Source: Pirellulales bacterium (GTDB lineage: Bacteria; Planctomycetota; Planctomycetia; Pirellulales; PALSA-1355). Taken from it: a stretch of 64,000 nt of DNA. The notes beneath the pieces were generated by a model. That model saw only the letters and a list, made by a program, of their open reading frames with translations. It made no database searches and was not told the origin of the DNA. The translations under genes were made by a program, and so were the position numbers. Numbering within the stretch: the first letter of the stretch is position 1; each line of letters starts with the position of its first letter. This document shows positions 17,203 through 26,084 of the stretch, piece by piece. The stretch lies in the NCBI GenBank assembly GCA_050250435.1, contig JBFWOR010000005.1, positions 170,300 to 234,299 on the forward strand. Direction: 5' to 3'.

Positions 17203-18603
17203 ATGCGCGCTCGCGTACTTTCCTGTGCGATTCTGGTGGCGCTGTTAGCCACCGCGGGCTTCGCAGACGACCTGCCCGGCAGTGTGCCGAGCTTGCGACG
17301 ACTGCCCCCGGTTGACAGCACTCAGCGGGTGATAGCTTCCGGTGTCGTGCCGGCCGCGTTCAATCAGGACCCAGGGCCAGCGGTGGGCGCGGGGCCCGTT
17401 GCGGTGCCGCAAACGTGTGTTTGCCCCTCACAGCCCTGCCCCCAATGTTGCTGCGCGCCCTGCAAATGCCCCGAGCAGCCGGCGCCCTGCCTACCCTGCC
17501 CGCGCATCAACCTGCTTAATCCGAGCTGGCGACTCATGCTCGGCGGCTGGCTGGAATTTGACATGTTGTTCAACAGTGCCCGACCGGTAGCGCCTGGCGT
17601 GCCGTTCTTTCTGGCTCCCGACTCGCCCGTTGGAAACAGCCAGGCGACATTCGACGCGCACGCCCGGCAGACGACGTTGATTGCAGCCTTCGTCGGTCCT
17701 CAAATCGGCAACTTTCAGGCCGGCGGCCTGGTGGTGGCGAACCTGTTCAACGACGCCGTCATCCTCGATCGCTACGGCTTTCTGCCCTATCAGGCCTACG
17801 GTGACTTGCGGAATGAAGATTGGCGATTCGCCGCCGGCCTGCAACAAGATATCTTCGCCCCGCTGCTACCCACGGTATTGCCCTTCAGTTACTTGATTGC
17901 GTCGGGAAATGTCGGCGCGTTTCGCGGGCAGCTGCGCGCGGAGCGGTTCCTCCATCCCAGCGACGACAGCCAGATCACCCTCACCGCCGGAATCAGCGAT
18001 CCTCGCTCGACGACGTTTACCAACCAGATTCTGAGCGAAGACGCAGGCTGGCCCAATGTCGAGTTGCGCACCGCCTGGGCCGTCGGACCCGAAGAGCAGG
18101 TCGGCGCACTCCCGAAAAGACCGTTCGAGGTTGGCTTGTCCGCTGTCGTGGGTCAACTCAGAACGGTGTTCGGTTTGAATCCAGTCATTGCCAACGTGTG
18201 GGGGCTGGCCGGCGACATTCGCTTCCAGATCAATGATCAACTGGGTGTTGCCGGTGAAGTATTCACGGGGCAAGGTCTGGGCACGTATGGCGCGGCAGTG
18301 TTCCAGCCGGTCAATTCGACCACCGGTCAAGCCATCCACGCTACTGGCGGCTGGCTGGAGATCTACTACTACCTGACCGAGTGTCTCCACTCGCACACAG
18401 GGTTCGCAATCGACGATCCCGTCGACAGCGAGCTGGCCCCGACGCAAATCGCCTTCAACCGCACGATCTTCACGAACCTCATTTGGGACGTGACGCGGTC
18501 GTTCCGACTGGCCGGCGAATTGACCTTCCGCAAGACGAACTACGTCACGTTCACCGACAACGACGGCGTCGGCTTCCAGGGCCAGGCCCAGTGGAAGTTC
18601 TAG
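17203..18603 (+). CDS. Putative outer-membrane beta-barrel protein with N-terminal Cys/Pro-rich segment
   Basis: ATG 17203 is preceded by GGAG, and the signal peptide is MRARVLSCAILVALLATAGFA. A Cys/Pro-rich block follows (PQTCVCPSQPCPQCCCAPCKCPEQPAPCLPCP). The remainder has an alternating pattern, and the C-terminus is ...GFQGQAQWKF with a terminal Phe, as in many OMPs. Confidence 0.6.
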   Translation: MRARVLSCAILVALLATAGFADDLPGSVPSLRRLPPVDSTQRVIASGVVPAAFNQDPGPAVGAGPVAVPQTCVCPSQPCPQCCCAPCKCPEQPAPCLPCPRINLLNPSWRLMLGGWLEFDMLFNSARPVAPGVPFFLAPDSPVGNSQATFDAHARQTTLIAAFVGPQIGNFQAGGLVVANLFNDAVILDRYGFLPYQAYGDLRNEDWRFAAGLQQDIFAPLLPTVLPFSYLIASGNVGAFRGQLRAERFLHPSDDSQITLTAGISDPRSTTFTNQILSEDAGWPNVELRTAWAVGPEEQVGALPKRPFEVGLSAVVGQLRTVFGLNPVIANVWGLAGDIRFQINDQLGVAGEVFTGQGLGTYGAAVFQPVNSTTGQAIHATGGWLEIYYYLTECLHSHTGFAIDDPVDSELAPTQIAFNRTIFTNLIWDVTRSFRLAGELTFRKTNYVTFTDNDGVGFQGQAQWKF

Positions 18604-18655
18604 CGGCTGCGGACGAGGCCGTGCGGAGTGCGACGCTGTGCTTCGTTCGATGGGC

Positions 18656-21600
18656 TTAGCGGCGCTTGGTGTCTGAGGGGCGCCGCGTGATGTCTTGTGC
18701 CGGCGGCGCACAAAGGTAGGCGAACAGGTCGGCAATCTCTTCCAGCGTCAGCGTGTTCACCAGTCCCTCGGGCATGGCCGAGATCTTGGTCCGCGCCGAC
18801 TCTTCGATGTCGTCTTGCTTCAGCACGACTTTCTCGCCGCTGGCCTGCAGCACGGTCAGGGAGCCATCGGCGCCGGGCGCCACCATGCCGCTGTAGGTCT
18901 TGCCGTCCTTGGTCACGATGGTTTGCGTGGCGAACTGATCGGGAATAACCTGCGACGGAAACAAGATCGATTCCAGGATTTCTTTTTTCTGGAAACGCTT
19001 ACTGACGTTCGTCAAATCGGGACCAACCGTATCGCCGCGCTCGCCGTAGCGATGACACTTGATGCACTGGGCCTTCTCAAACAGTGCGGCGCCCCGCGCG
19101 GCGACTCCGCCCGTGGCCTGCGGCCCGGTAAGAAAGCTCAGCAGCTCGGAATAAGTCCAGTGATTCTGTTCGCTCTCGGCGGGCAACTTGGGCTCCGGCA
19201 AGTCGGGATACTTGGCCACAAACCACTGTTGCCAGGCGGCGATCGATTGTTGCCAGGGCAGATCGTCGCCACCCTGCTTTTCGCCGGTCCATTTTTCCAA
19301 TAACGCGACGGCGCGGCGGCTGCCGTTTTCGCGCAGCATCAAGCCCCGCAGGATGGTCTGGCGATACGCCTCGGCGTCGTCGGGCACGCGGTCCACTTGC
19401 GCCAACTTGCCCAACACTTCCTGCGCGGCGGCCCCTTCCACGATCGACAGTGACCGCACCAGGTAAGGCCAATTCTCGCCGTCGGGCGTTTGCGCGAGCC
19501 CCATGGCAATGGCCACGCGGCGATCGGGCTCTTCGTCGTAGAGTTCGCGCAAATAGGCCATGGCACCGGCATCTCCGCTGGCGCCCAGCACGGCGCAAAT
19601 GCCCACGCGCAGCTTCTTGGCCGCGTCGGTGTCGAGCTTCTTCACTTGCCGATCGAGCGCTTGAATCTGTTCCAAAGTTTCGGGCGACGGATGCTGCGGC
19701 AGCTTGGCCAACACACTCAACGCGGAGCTCGGCCATTTGACGCCGTCGGCCAGCACGACCTGGCATTCCTGTTCGTTGAACGTGGCAAAGAATTCGCGCG
19801 CCGCGTTTTCCACGTAGCCGGCAAAGCTATGGCCGCCTTCGACCGCTCGGGCCTCTTCATAGGCCTGTAACACCTGCAATTTGAGCGGCAAGGTCCAGCC
19901 GGCTTGTAGAAAGCGAGCATGCATCACCAGGTGCATTTTCTCGACGCTCGGCATTTCGCCGCGCAGCTGTTCCACCAGCCGTTCGGCGAACGTCGGATCT
20001 TGCAGGAAGACGAGCAATCGCACCAATTCGCGGTTCAATTGATGATCGCGCGAAGGGTACTCGCCGGCCAGCTGCTCGCGCAATTGCGGCACGTCGTCGC
20101 CCGTCAGCTTGCCTTGAATCAACGCCAACTGCATCACGCGCAAGAGCTGGATGAATTCGTCGTCCGTCAAATAGCCGCTCATCAGCGTGCGGCTGCGCTC
20201 CAGCACGTTCGTGGCCATTTTGCGATCGACGGGCGCGCTCAACAGCGCCGTTGCGCCGTTGACGAACGCTCTGGCCCGCTGCTCTTTCAGCACGGCATCG
20301 GCCCATTGCTCGCGGGGCAGTTGTTGCAGCGTGCGGCCGGCGGCCCAGGAAACATAGCGGTCGGGCGAGAACAACAAGGGCAACAATCGATCGGCATCGA
20401 CCGGCACCGCGCCCCGTACGATCGATTCGCACGCTGCGCGTTCCACCGCCAGGTCGGGATCAATTAACAAATCCGCCAGCCTGGCCTTCGTCGCGTCGTC
20501 GATGTGCAGACCCATCAGCCGCGCCGCCTTGGTGCGCAACAACGGCGATTTGTCGCGCGACATTTCGACCAGGAGTTCCGCGGAGGGGCTGGGCCCGTAG
20601 AGCTGCAGCAGCTCTAGAGCGCGCACGCGAACATGAGCAGGTGCCTTGGTATCCTTGGCCACCACAATGAGTTGCGGCCCCCACTTGTCGCCCAGCTGTT
20701 GTTTGACCAGCGCCACTTGCTGCCGTCCCCAGGCACTTTGGAGCTGCGGCTGGTTGAGGGCGGCATTGAGCCCTTGCCCGCGGTTCTTCATTTCTGGGGG
20801 GACTTTGCCATCCCACACGACGCGGTAGATGCCGCCTTCGGTATCGCGGCCGCCGGTGCAGAAATACAGCCAGCCGTCCGGGCCAACGGCGATGTCCGTC
20901 ACGTTCAGCGGCTGGCCTTCGACGAATACTTCGGCCGTGGCCCGGTACGTAGCGCCATGTTGCTTCGGGCGGACGCACAAAATGCGGCCGCGCGACCAGT
21001 CGCACACAAACAGCGTGTTGTGAAAACGGCGCGGATACATGAAGTGGTCGTACGACTCGATGCCGGCGGGCGAGCCGCGGCCCAGCTCCAACGTCGGCGG
21101 CAGGCTGTCGACGAAATATTTCGGCCATTTGGCCCAGCCGCTGCGCCAGCCGAACTCGGAGCCGGCGCTCACGTGTACCAGCCGCGTGGGCCGGTACCAC
21201 GACATGCCCATGTCCCACTCCATGTCGGAGTCGCAGGTGAACAGGTCGCCGGCCGCATTGAAGGCCAGGTCATACGGGTTCTGCAATCCGCCGGCAAACA
21301 GCTCCACGGCCGTGCCCGAGGTGTCCGTGCGGATGACCGTGCCGCCGGGCGCTTTGATGCCCACGGCATGGCCGCTGGCGTCTTCATAGCGCGGCGTGAT
21401 CAAATCGCCTTCGTAATAATCGTGGTACGGGCTGGCCTCGGCAAAGCTGTCGGCCACGTGCGAAAAGTTGCCAGCGATCATGTACAGCAGTCCGTCCGGC
21501 CCCAGGGCCAGTGCGTGCGGCCCGTGCTCGCGCATTTCGCCGGTGAACTTGAGCACCGTTTCGGTTTTATCGATGCGCCCGTCGTGATCTTCGTCGGCCA

Positions 21601-22477
21601 GGCGATACATGCCGGCCCCTTCGGGCCCTTCGCCAATCACGTACACCTTGCCGCTGATGGGCAGCAGGCCCTGACAGTTCTTCACCGTATCGCAATACGT
21701 CGATACGTTGTCGACCAGCCCGTCCTTGTCGTCATCTCGAATCACGACCAGCGGGCCGTTCTCGCGCGCCGCGATGATCTGGCCGAACTCGTCGAACGCC
21801 ATGCAAATCAGCGAGCCGGTATCCTTGGGATCGATGACCCACTCCACGTGGAACTCGGGAGTCACGCGAAAGCGGCCTTCGGCGCCGGCCACGGAAACTT
21901 CGTTGCCCCAGGGCAGCGTCGCGCCGAGCGCGCCAAAGCTGCGGGCCGACAGCCACTGGGTGTCGGCAAAGCGCGGCTTCTGCCACTGCGGAAAGTCTTT
22001 GAGCGCCGTCTTCCAACTCGCGTCGGTCGAGTGCTCGACGTGCGTATTGCCTTGCTCTTTGACCGCCACTCGGGCCACCAGTGCCGCGCTGCCGGTTGTG
22101 GAGTTCACCGCCTTGACGGCGATCGTGTTCTGGCCGACGACCAGCTGCTTGGTGATGTCGTAGACGTCGAGCGCTTTCCAATTCTTGCCGCTGCCGACGT
22201 GGTGGCCGTTCACATACAACTCATAGCTGTCGTCGCAGGCAATCTGAATGACGCCGTGTTCCGGCGCGCCCAGTGGAAACGACTTGCGAAAATAGCAAGT
22301 GCCTTCCGGCGCCAGCTCTTTTTCGTACGCGGGCGACCAGATCCATTCCGCTTCGCGTCCTAGCGCGCGCTTGGAAGTCAGCGCGGCGCAGGCGGCGATG
22401 CTCGCCGTCAACGCGATCGCACGCGCGCCGCGCCACCACCACGCTGTTGAACGGCACGCTGTCGGAAGGTTTCGCAT
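18656..22477 (-). CDS. PVC-type heme-binding CxxCH protein with 'membrane-bound dehydrogenase' domain and HEAT-like repeats
   Basis: The ORF is 18656..22612, with the start likely ATG 22477 (MRNLPTACRSTAWWWRGARAIALTASIAACAALTS). It has a C-terminal cytochrome-c motif CIKCHRYGERGDTVGPDL and ends ...LTLEEIADLFAYL. The architecture is typical of Pirellula/Verrucomicrobium giant proteins. Confidence 0.8.
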   Translation of the reverse strand: MRNLPTACRSTAWWWRGARAIALTASIAACAALTSKRALGREAEWIWSPAYEKELAPEGTCYFRKSFPLGAPEHGVIQIACDDSYELYVNGHHVGSGKNWKALDVYDITKQLVVGQNTIAVKAVNSTTGSAALVARVAVKEQGNTHVEHSTDASWKTALKDFPQWQKPRFADTQWLSARSFGALGATLPWGNEVSVAGAEGRFRVTPEFHVEWVIDPKDTGSLICMAFDEFGQIIAARENGPLVVIRDDDKDGLVDNVSTYCDTVKNCQGLLPISGKVYVIGEGPEGAGMYRLADEDHDGRIDKTETVLKFTGEMREHGPHALALGPDGLLYMIAGNFSHVADSFAEASPYHDYYEGDLITPRYEDASGHAVGIKAPGGTVIRTDTSGTAVELFAGGLQNPYDLAFNAAGDLFTCDSDMEWDMGMSWYRPTRLVHVSAGSEFGWRSGWAKWPKYFVDSLPPTLELGRGSPAGIESYDHFMYPRRFHNTLFVCDWSRGRILCVRPKQHGATYRATAEVFVEGQPLNVTDIAVGPDGWLYFCTGGRDTEGGIYRVVWDGKVPPEMKNRGQGLNAALNQPQLQSAWGRQQVALVKQQLGDKWGPQLIVVAKDTKAPAHVRVRALELLQLYGPSPSAELLVEMSRDKSPLLRTKAARLMGLHIDDATKARLADLLIDPDLAVERAACESIVRGAVPVDADRLLPLLFSPDRYVSWAAGRTLQQLPREQWADAVLKEQRARAFVNGATALLSAPVDRKMATNVLERSRTLMSGYLTDDEFIQLLRVMQLALIQGKLTGDDVPQLREQLAGEYPSRDHQLNRELVRLLVFLQDPTFAERLVEQLRGEMPSVEKMHLVMHARFLQAGWTLPLKLQVLQAYEEARAVEGGHSFAGYVENAAREFFATFNEQECQVVLADGVKWPSSALSVLAKLPQHPSPETLEQIQALDRQVKKLDTDAAKKLRVGICAVLGASGDAGAMAYLRELYDEEPDRRVAIAMGLAQTPDGENWPYLVRSLSIVEGAAAQEVLGKLAQVDRVPDDAEAYRQTILRGLMLRENGSRRAVALLEKWTGEKQGGDDLPWQQSIAAWQQWFVAKYPDLPEPKLPAESEQNHWTYSELLSFLTGPQATGGVAARGAALFEKAQCIKCHRYGERGDTVGPDLTNVSKRFQKKEILESILFPSQVIPDQFATQTIVTKDGKTYSGMVAPGADGSLTVLQASGEKVVLKQDDIEESARTKISAMPEGLVNTLTLEEIADLFAYLCAPPAQDITRRPSDTKRR

Positions 22478-22714
22478 AACCTCGCCTCGCAGGGAACGAA
22501 GTGGACGGACAAATGCGGCCACAAAAACGGGCCCGCAGCGCCGCCGGAACGTCAAATCAGGGGCCATAGAGTAGCGAGACCCCACAAAGGGCTCAACAGA
22601 GCTTCGGGGCATTTACGAAGCTCGTGCGCGACAGCACACGGCTGCTGGCATGCGACAACTGGCCCGGCAAGAACGCCGCAGGAAAGCCCGGGGGCGCGGA
22701 CGCGGCCGTGCCGA

Positions 22715-23569
22715 CTACCGCAACCGGCGGCCCGGTGGCAGCGAGCGTCGCAGCGAAGGCGCCGGCACGCCGGGCTCGAGCAGCTCGCCAATCATGCCCT
22801 GGGCGTCGCTGGCATTGGCCGCCAGCCGCACCATCCACAGCGAGCGAAAGACCCCGGTCGAATCGAACAACTCGCCCGGAAAACAGCCCAGGATGCTGGC
22901 GGTAATGCGGGCGTTGGCGTCGGGATTGGCGGCCACCACGGACATGCCGCTGTGGAAGGCATTGCGCATCGAGACCAGCGCCAGGCGCCACGCCTGATCG
23001 ACCGCGGGCCCGCCACGGCGCCGGGCGAGGTCGGAGGCAAAGTCTTCGGCCCGCTCCGGCTCGACAGCAAACTCGCGCACGTCGTGCAGGTGCAACAGCC
23101 CGCCGATCAGCATGTCGGTCCAACGTTCCGCACGGCGTCGCAGGCGATTGACGCTGGCAGCCTGTTTGACTCCCAATCCGTCGCCGTACACCAAGAGCGC
23201 CATGGCGCGATGCCGGGCCTCGTAGTGCGAGCTGAGCACGCTACGGGCAATCGGTTCCGCCAGGTTGGAATCGGCATTTCGGTCGCAGGCCACGAGCACC
23301 GCGGACCAAACGCGGGTCAGAATCTCACTGGCAAAGATTTCGTCGAGCGCGGCCCGGACGTCGATCCAGCGATCAAAGTTTTCTTGCGGCGGCGACTCGG
23401 CCAGTGCGGCGTAGGTTTTGAGGGCCCGCATCCAGCTCTCGAAGCGAAACTTCGAGGTTGACCAGTACTGTTCGAGTTGCCCGGCGGCCGGCTGATGCAC
23501 GCCGCCGATCAACAGCGACCCGTTGTGCGCAACTAGACCGGCGACGTCGACTAACTCGCGGGCGTGCAT
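22715..23569 (-). CDS. Hypothetical protein (possibly last gene of the ECF sigma/anti-sigma operon)
   Basis: The ORF is 22715..23758. ATG 23569 (MHARELVDVAGLV) was chosen as the start, but it is uncertain. No motif was recognised. Confidence 0.5.
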   Translation of the reverse strand: MHARELVDVAGLVAHNGSLLIGGVHQPAAGQLEQYWSTSKFRFESWMRALKTYAALAESPPQENFDRWIDVRAALDEIFASEILTRVWSAVLVACDRNADSNLAEPIARSVLSSHYEARHRAMALLVYGDGLGVKQAASVNRLRRRAERWTDMLIGGLLHLHDVREFAVEPERAEDFASDLARRRGGPAVDQAWRLALVSMRNAFHSGMSVVAANPDANARITASILGCFPGELFDSTGVFRSLWMVRLAANASDAQGMIGELLEPGVPAPSLRRSLPPGRRLR

Positions 23570-23992
23570 GAAGGAAGGCCGGGCGGCGAATAAAGGCCGC
23601 AGGAAGGGACGGGAGACACCACACACGCGAAAACGCGCCGCAGGTGGGAGCCGACGGCCAGGGCCCGAGGGGACGGGGGCCCTGGCCGCGGCAAACTGAG
23701 GTGGGCGTCGCGTGAACCATTGCATTGGCAAACCGGGTGCCAACCAAGTCCGGCGCATCGCCTGGCGGGTCGTAAGCGCCTTGGGCGCCGACCATTGCGT
23801 GCTGAATTCACGGTCCCACCGTCACCGGTCGGCCGAGGCCCGTGGTGACTTTCGGCATCATCGCCGCGCAAAAGTCATCATCACCAGAGGCCGCGCAAGA
23901 ATTTGACCGGCGCGCGAGCGGAAGGACACAGCAGGCCGCGAGAAGGGCAACCACCGGAAGGCCAGCACCACCAGCTACGGTGTTTCGACCAG

Positions 23993-24979
23993 CTACGGCG
24001 TTTCGACCGCGCGGACTTCGAGCAGCTGCTTGCCGCTAGGACGCGGGCTGGCATGGCTGGGGGCGATTACGGCGTCGTGCAGGTGCAAGCCGGGACCCAC
24101 AACACCCTCGTCGTTGGTGTAGATGTGGTCGCGGCAGCCGCGCGCACGGCAAGTGGTGAGATACTCGACGTGCTGATCTTCGAAGAGCACGTTCTGGCCA
24201 CAGCCGCCGTGGTTCTGCGAGTGATACGGGGCCTCAGCGCTGGGCTGGTCGGCGGCCACCGCGTAGCGCACGCGGTGCAGGTTGCGCGGCGAATAGTACT
24301 TGCCGTTCGAGTAGAAGCCGAGGTTAAAACCCAGGCTGCCGCCCATCCGCTTGCGGACTTCTGCCAGTTGGGCGCCGCGCACCGCGTAGATTTCTTGTTC
24401 CGTGGGAATGCGGAACGCCTCGGGATTATCGGCCAGGTCCGACGCCGGGCAGATCAGCAGGTCCGAGCTGTCGAGCAGCCCCATGTCGCGAAGTTTCACC
24501 GCCACGATCCCCGCGGCCGCGCAGGGCCCCTCGGCCGGAACGTTCGGGTAGAAACCGCCATGGGCTTCGCTGTAAGTGTTCAGAGCCATGCCGAAGCGCC
24601 GCAGGTTGTCCTGGCATTGGGTCACCCGGGCGGCGAAGCGGCTTTGGCTCACGGCCGGAAAAAAAAGCAAGGCCGCCGCGACGAAGATTCCCGCCGCGAC
24701 CACCATATCGGCCATCGACCATTGCCGCTGCGGCGCCGCGTAAGGCGTCGCCGGCGCCGCCAGCACGCGCGTCCGCTCGAATACGATCTGACAGGTGCGA
24801 TCGGCGAGCCCCAGCGGAGGCTCGTAGTGATTCCGATCCGCCGCCAGGGGCAGCAAACTATAGGACAATAAATCGAGCTCGCGTTGCAGTTGCGGATCGC
24901 GCTCGAGGTGGGCTTGCACTTGCTCGCGTTCGCCGGGCTCCAGCGCGTCAAGCAGGTATCCGATCAGTTGATCTCTCAT
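23993..24979 (-). CDS. Putative anti-sigma factor fused to a DUF1559 (H-X9-DG, pseudopilin-like) domain
   Basis: The start lies 9 nt after the ECF sigma stop. The N-terminus MRDQLIGYLLDALEPGEREQVQAHLERDPQLQRELDLL is anti-sigma-like but lacks Cys. The TM segment and following sequence (VVAAGIFVAAALLFFPAVSQSRFAARVTQCQDNLRRFGMALNTYSEAHGGFYP) and the C-terminal HSQNHGGCGQNVLFEDQHVEYL match the DUF1559 pattern. Confidence 0.7.
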   Translation of the reverse strand: MRDQLIGYLLDALEPGEREQVQAHLERDPQLQRELDLLSYSLLPLAADRNHYEPPLGLADRTCQIVFERTRVLAAPATPYAAPQRQWSMADMVVAAGIFVAAALLFFPAVSQSRFAARVTQCQDNLRRFGMALNTYSEAHGGFYPNVPAEGPCAAAGIVAVKLRDMGLLDSSDLLICPASDLADNPEAFRIPTEQEIYAVRGAQLAEVRKRMGGSLGFNLGFYSNGKYYSPRNLHRVRYAVAADQPSAEAPYHSQNHGGCGQNVLFEDQHVEYLTTCRARGCRDHIYTNDEGVVGPGLHLHDAVIAPSHASPRPSGKQLLEVRAVETP

Positions 24980-24988
24980 GGCGGGCGA

Positions 24989-25639
24989 TTACGGTTGGGA
25001 GGTTTCTTCGTTCTGCATCCAGGCCTCGTTCAGTTTCAAGATCGCCGAGTGGAGCCGGCTTTTCACCGTACCCACCGGGATGCTCAAAACGTCTGCCGCC
25101 TCTCTGTACTTCAGGCCTTGGTAATACACCAGATGGACCGCCTCGCGCAGCGAATCGGGCAATTGCTCAACCGCCTCGCGAATCCACTCGGTTTGTTGGC
25201 TGGCTTGGGCGCGATCCTCGGGACTTGGCTCCTTGCTTTCCAGCAGGCTCATCAACGAGCCCAACTCATCTTGTTCGTGATGCCGGGTATTTCGATCCAG
25301 GCTGACGCTGCGGTGCCGCTTGTTGCGGCGTTGCGCGTCGATCGCCTGGTTCGTCGCAATGGTGTATAGCCACGGCCGGAATTTCCGGCCCTCGTCAAAC
25401 TGGTCGCACTTCAGATGCACCTGCAGAAAGGTCGCCTGAAACGTATCTTCCGCCAGACTGGCGTCTCCCAGGTAGCGTCGCAAATAGCTGAACAACTCCC
25501 GCTCGTAGCGGTTGACCAACTCGGCAAACGCCAGCCGATCAGCGTGATCGCGGTAGGCCGACAGCAACGCTTCGTCGGACATTCCTGCCCGATCGGACGC
25601 TGCGGCCGTGGCCGGCGAGTGTCTGGTGGCCTTGTTCAT
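24989..25639 (-). CDS. ECF-type RNA polymerase sigma-70 factor
   Basis: 216-aa ORF with region 2 (FQATFLQVHLKCDQFDEGRKFRPWLYTIATNQAIDAQRR) and region 4 (LREAVHLVYYQGLKYREAADVLSIPVGTVKSRLHSAILKL). Confidence 0.92.
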   Translation of the reverse strand: MNKATRHSPATAAASDRAGMSDEALLSAYRDHADRLAFAELVNRYERELFSYLRRYLGDASLAEDTFQATFLQVHLKCDQFDEGRKFRPWLYTIATNQAIDAQRRNKRHRSVSLDRNTRHHEQDELGSLMSLLESKEPSPEDRAQASQQTEWIREAVEQLPDSLREAVHLVYYQGLKYREAADVLSIPVGTVKSRLHSAILKLNEAWMQNEETSQP

Positions 25640-26084
25640 TTCTCAATACGGGCTGGTCGGCACCGGAGTTCGCCATCCGGGAGCCGAAAAAGCCGGCAAT
25701 TTTTCACCGCGGCCGGCCGCGCGCGGTTCTGACGCATTGTATCAGACCGTGCCGCGCCGCACGCCGTCACCCGGCGGGAGCCGGCCGGCTGTCACCGGCC
25801 GCCTCAACCTACTCTACACTAGGACCTTAAGTCCACTCTGCACAGATCCGGGGAATTCGCTATAATCGCGCCGCCTATGACCATCGGGAGGAGGTCGCAG
25901 GCCGGTTGAAGCTCGCGGGCGCGGCGGCCACGCCGTCGCCGCTGCGGCCTCAACCCCTTCTCTCCCGCGGGACGCGTGAGGAGGCACCCATGCATAACCG
26001 CAAGCAAGATCGAACCATGCGCGCCCGGAAGCACGATGCCGCCCGCGGCCGCGCTGGTCACAGCGTCACAGGAGGGAGAGACGT

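Noticed and set aside
20633-22363. 576-aa + strand ORF inside the giant CxxCH protein locus
   Set aside because: It is antisense to an ORF with a coherent multi-domain architecture and a cytochrome-c motif. The composition is low complexity.
25861-25866. Perfect TATAAT hexamer in the sigma / hypothetical-protein intergenic region
   Set aside because: There is no convincing -35 at 17 nt (TCTGCA). It lies 220 nt from the nearest downstream start, in a locally AT-richer stretch where chance hits are likely. It was not reported as a feature.
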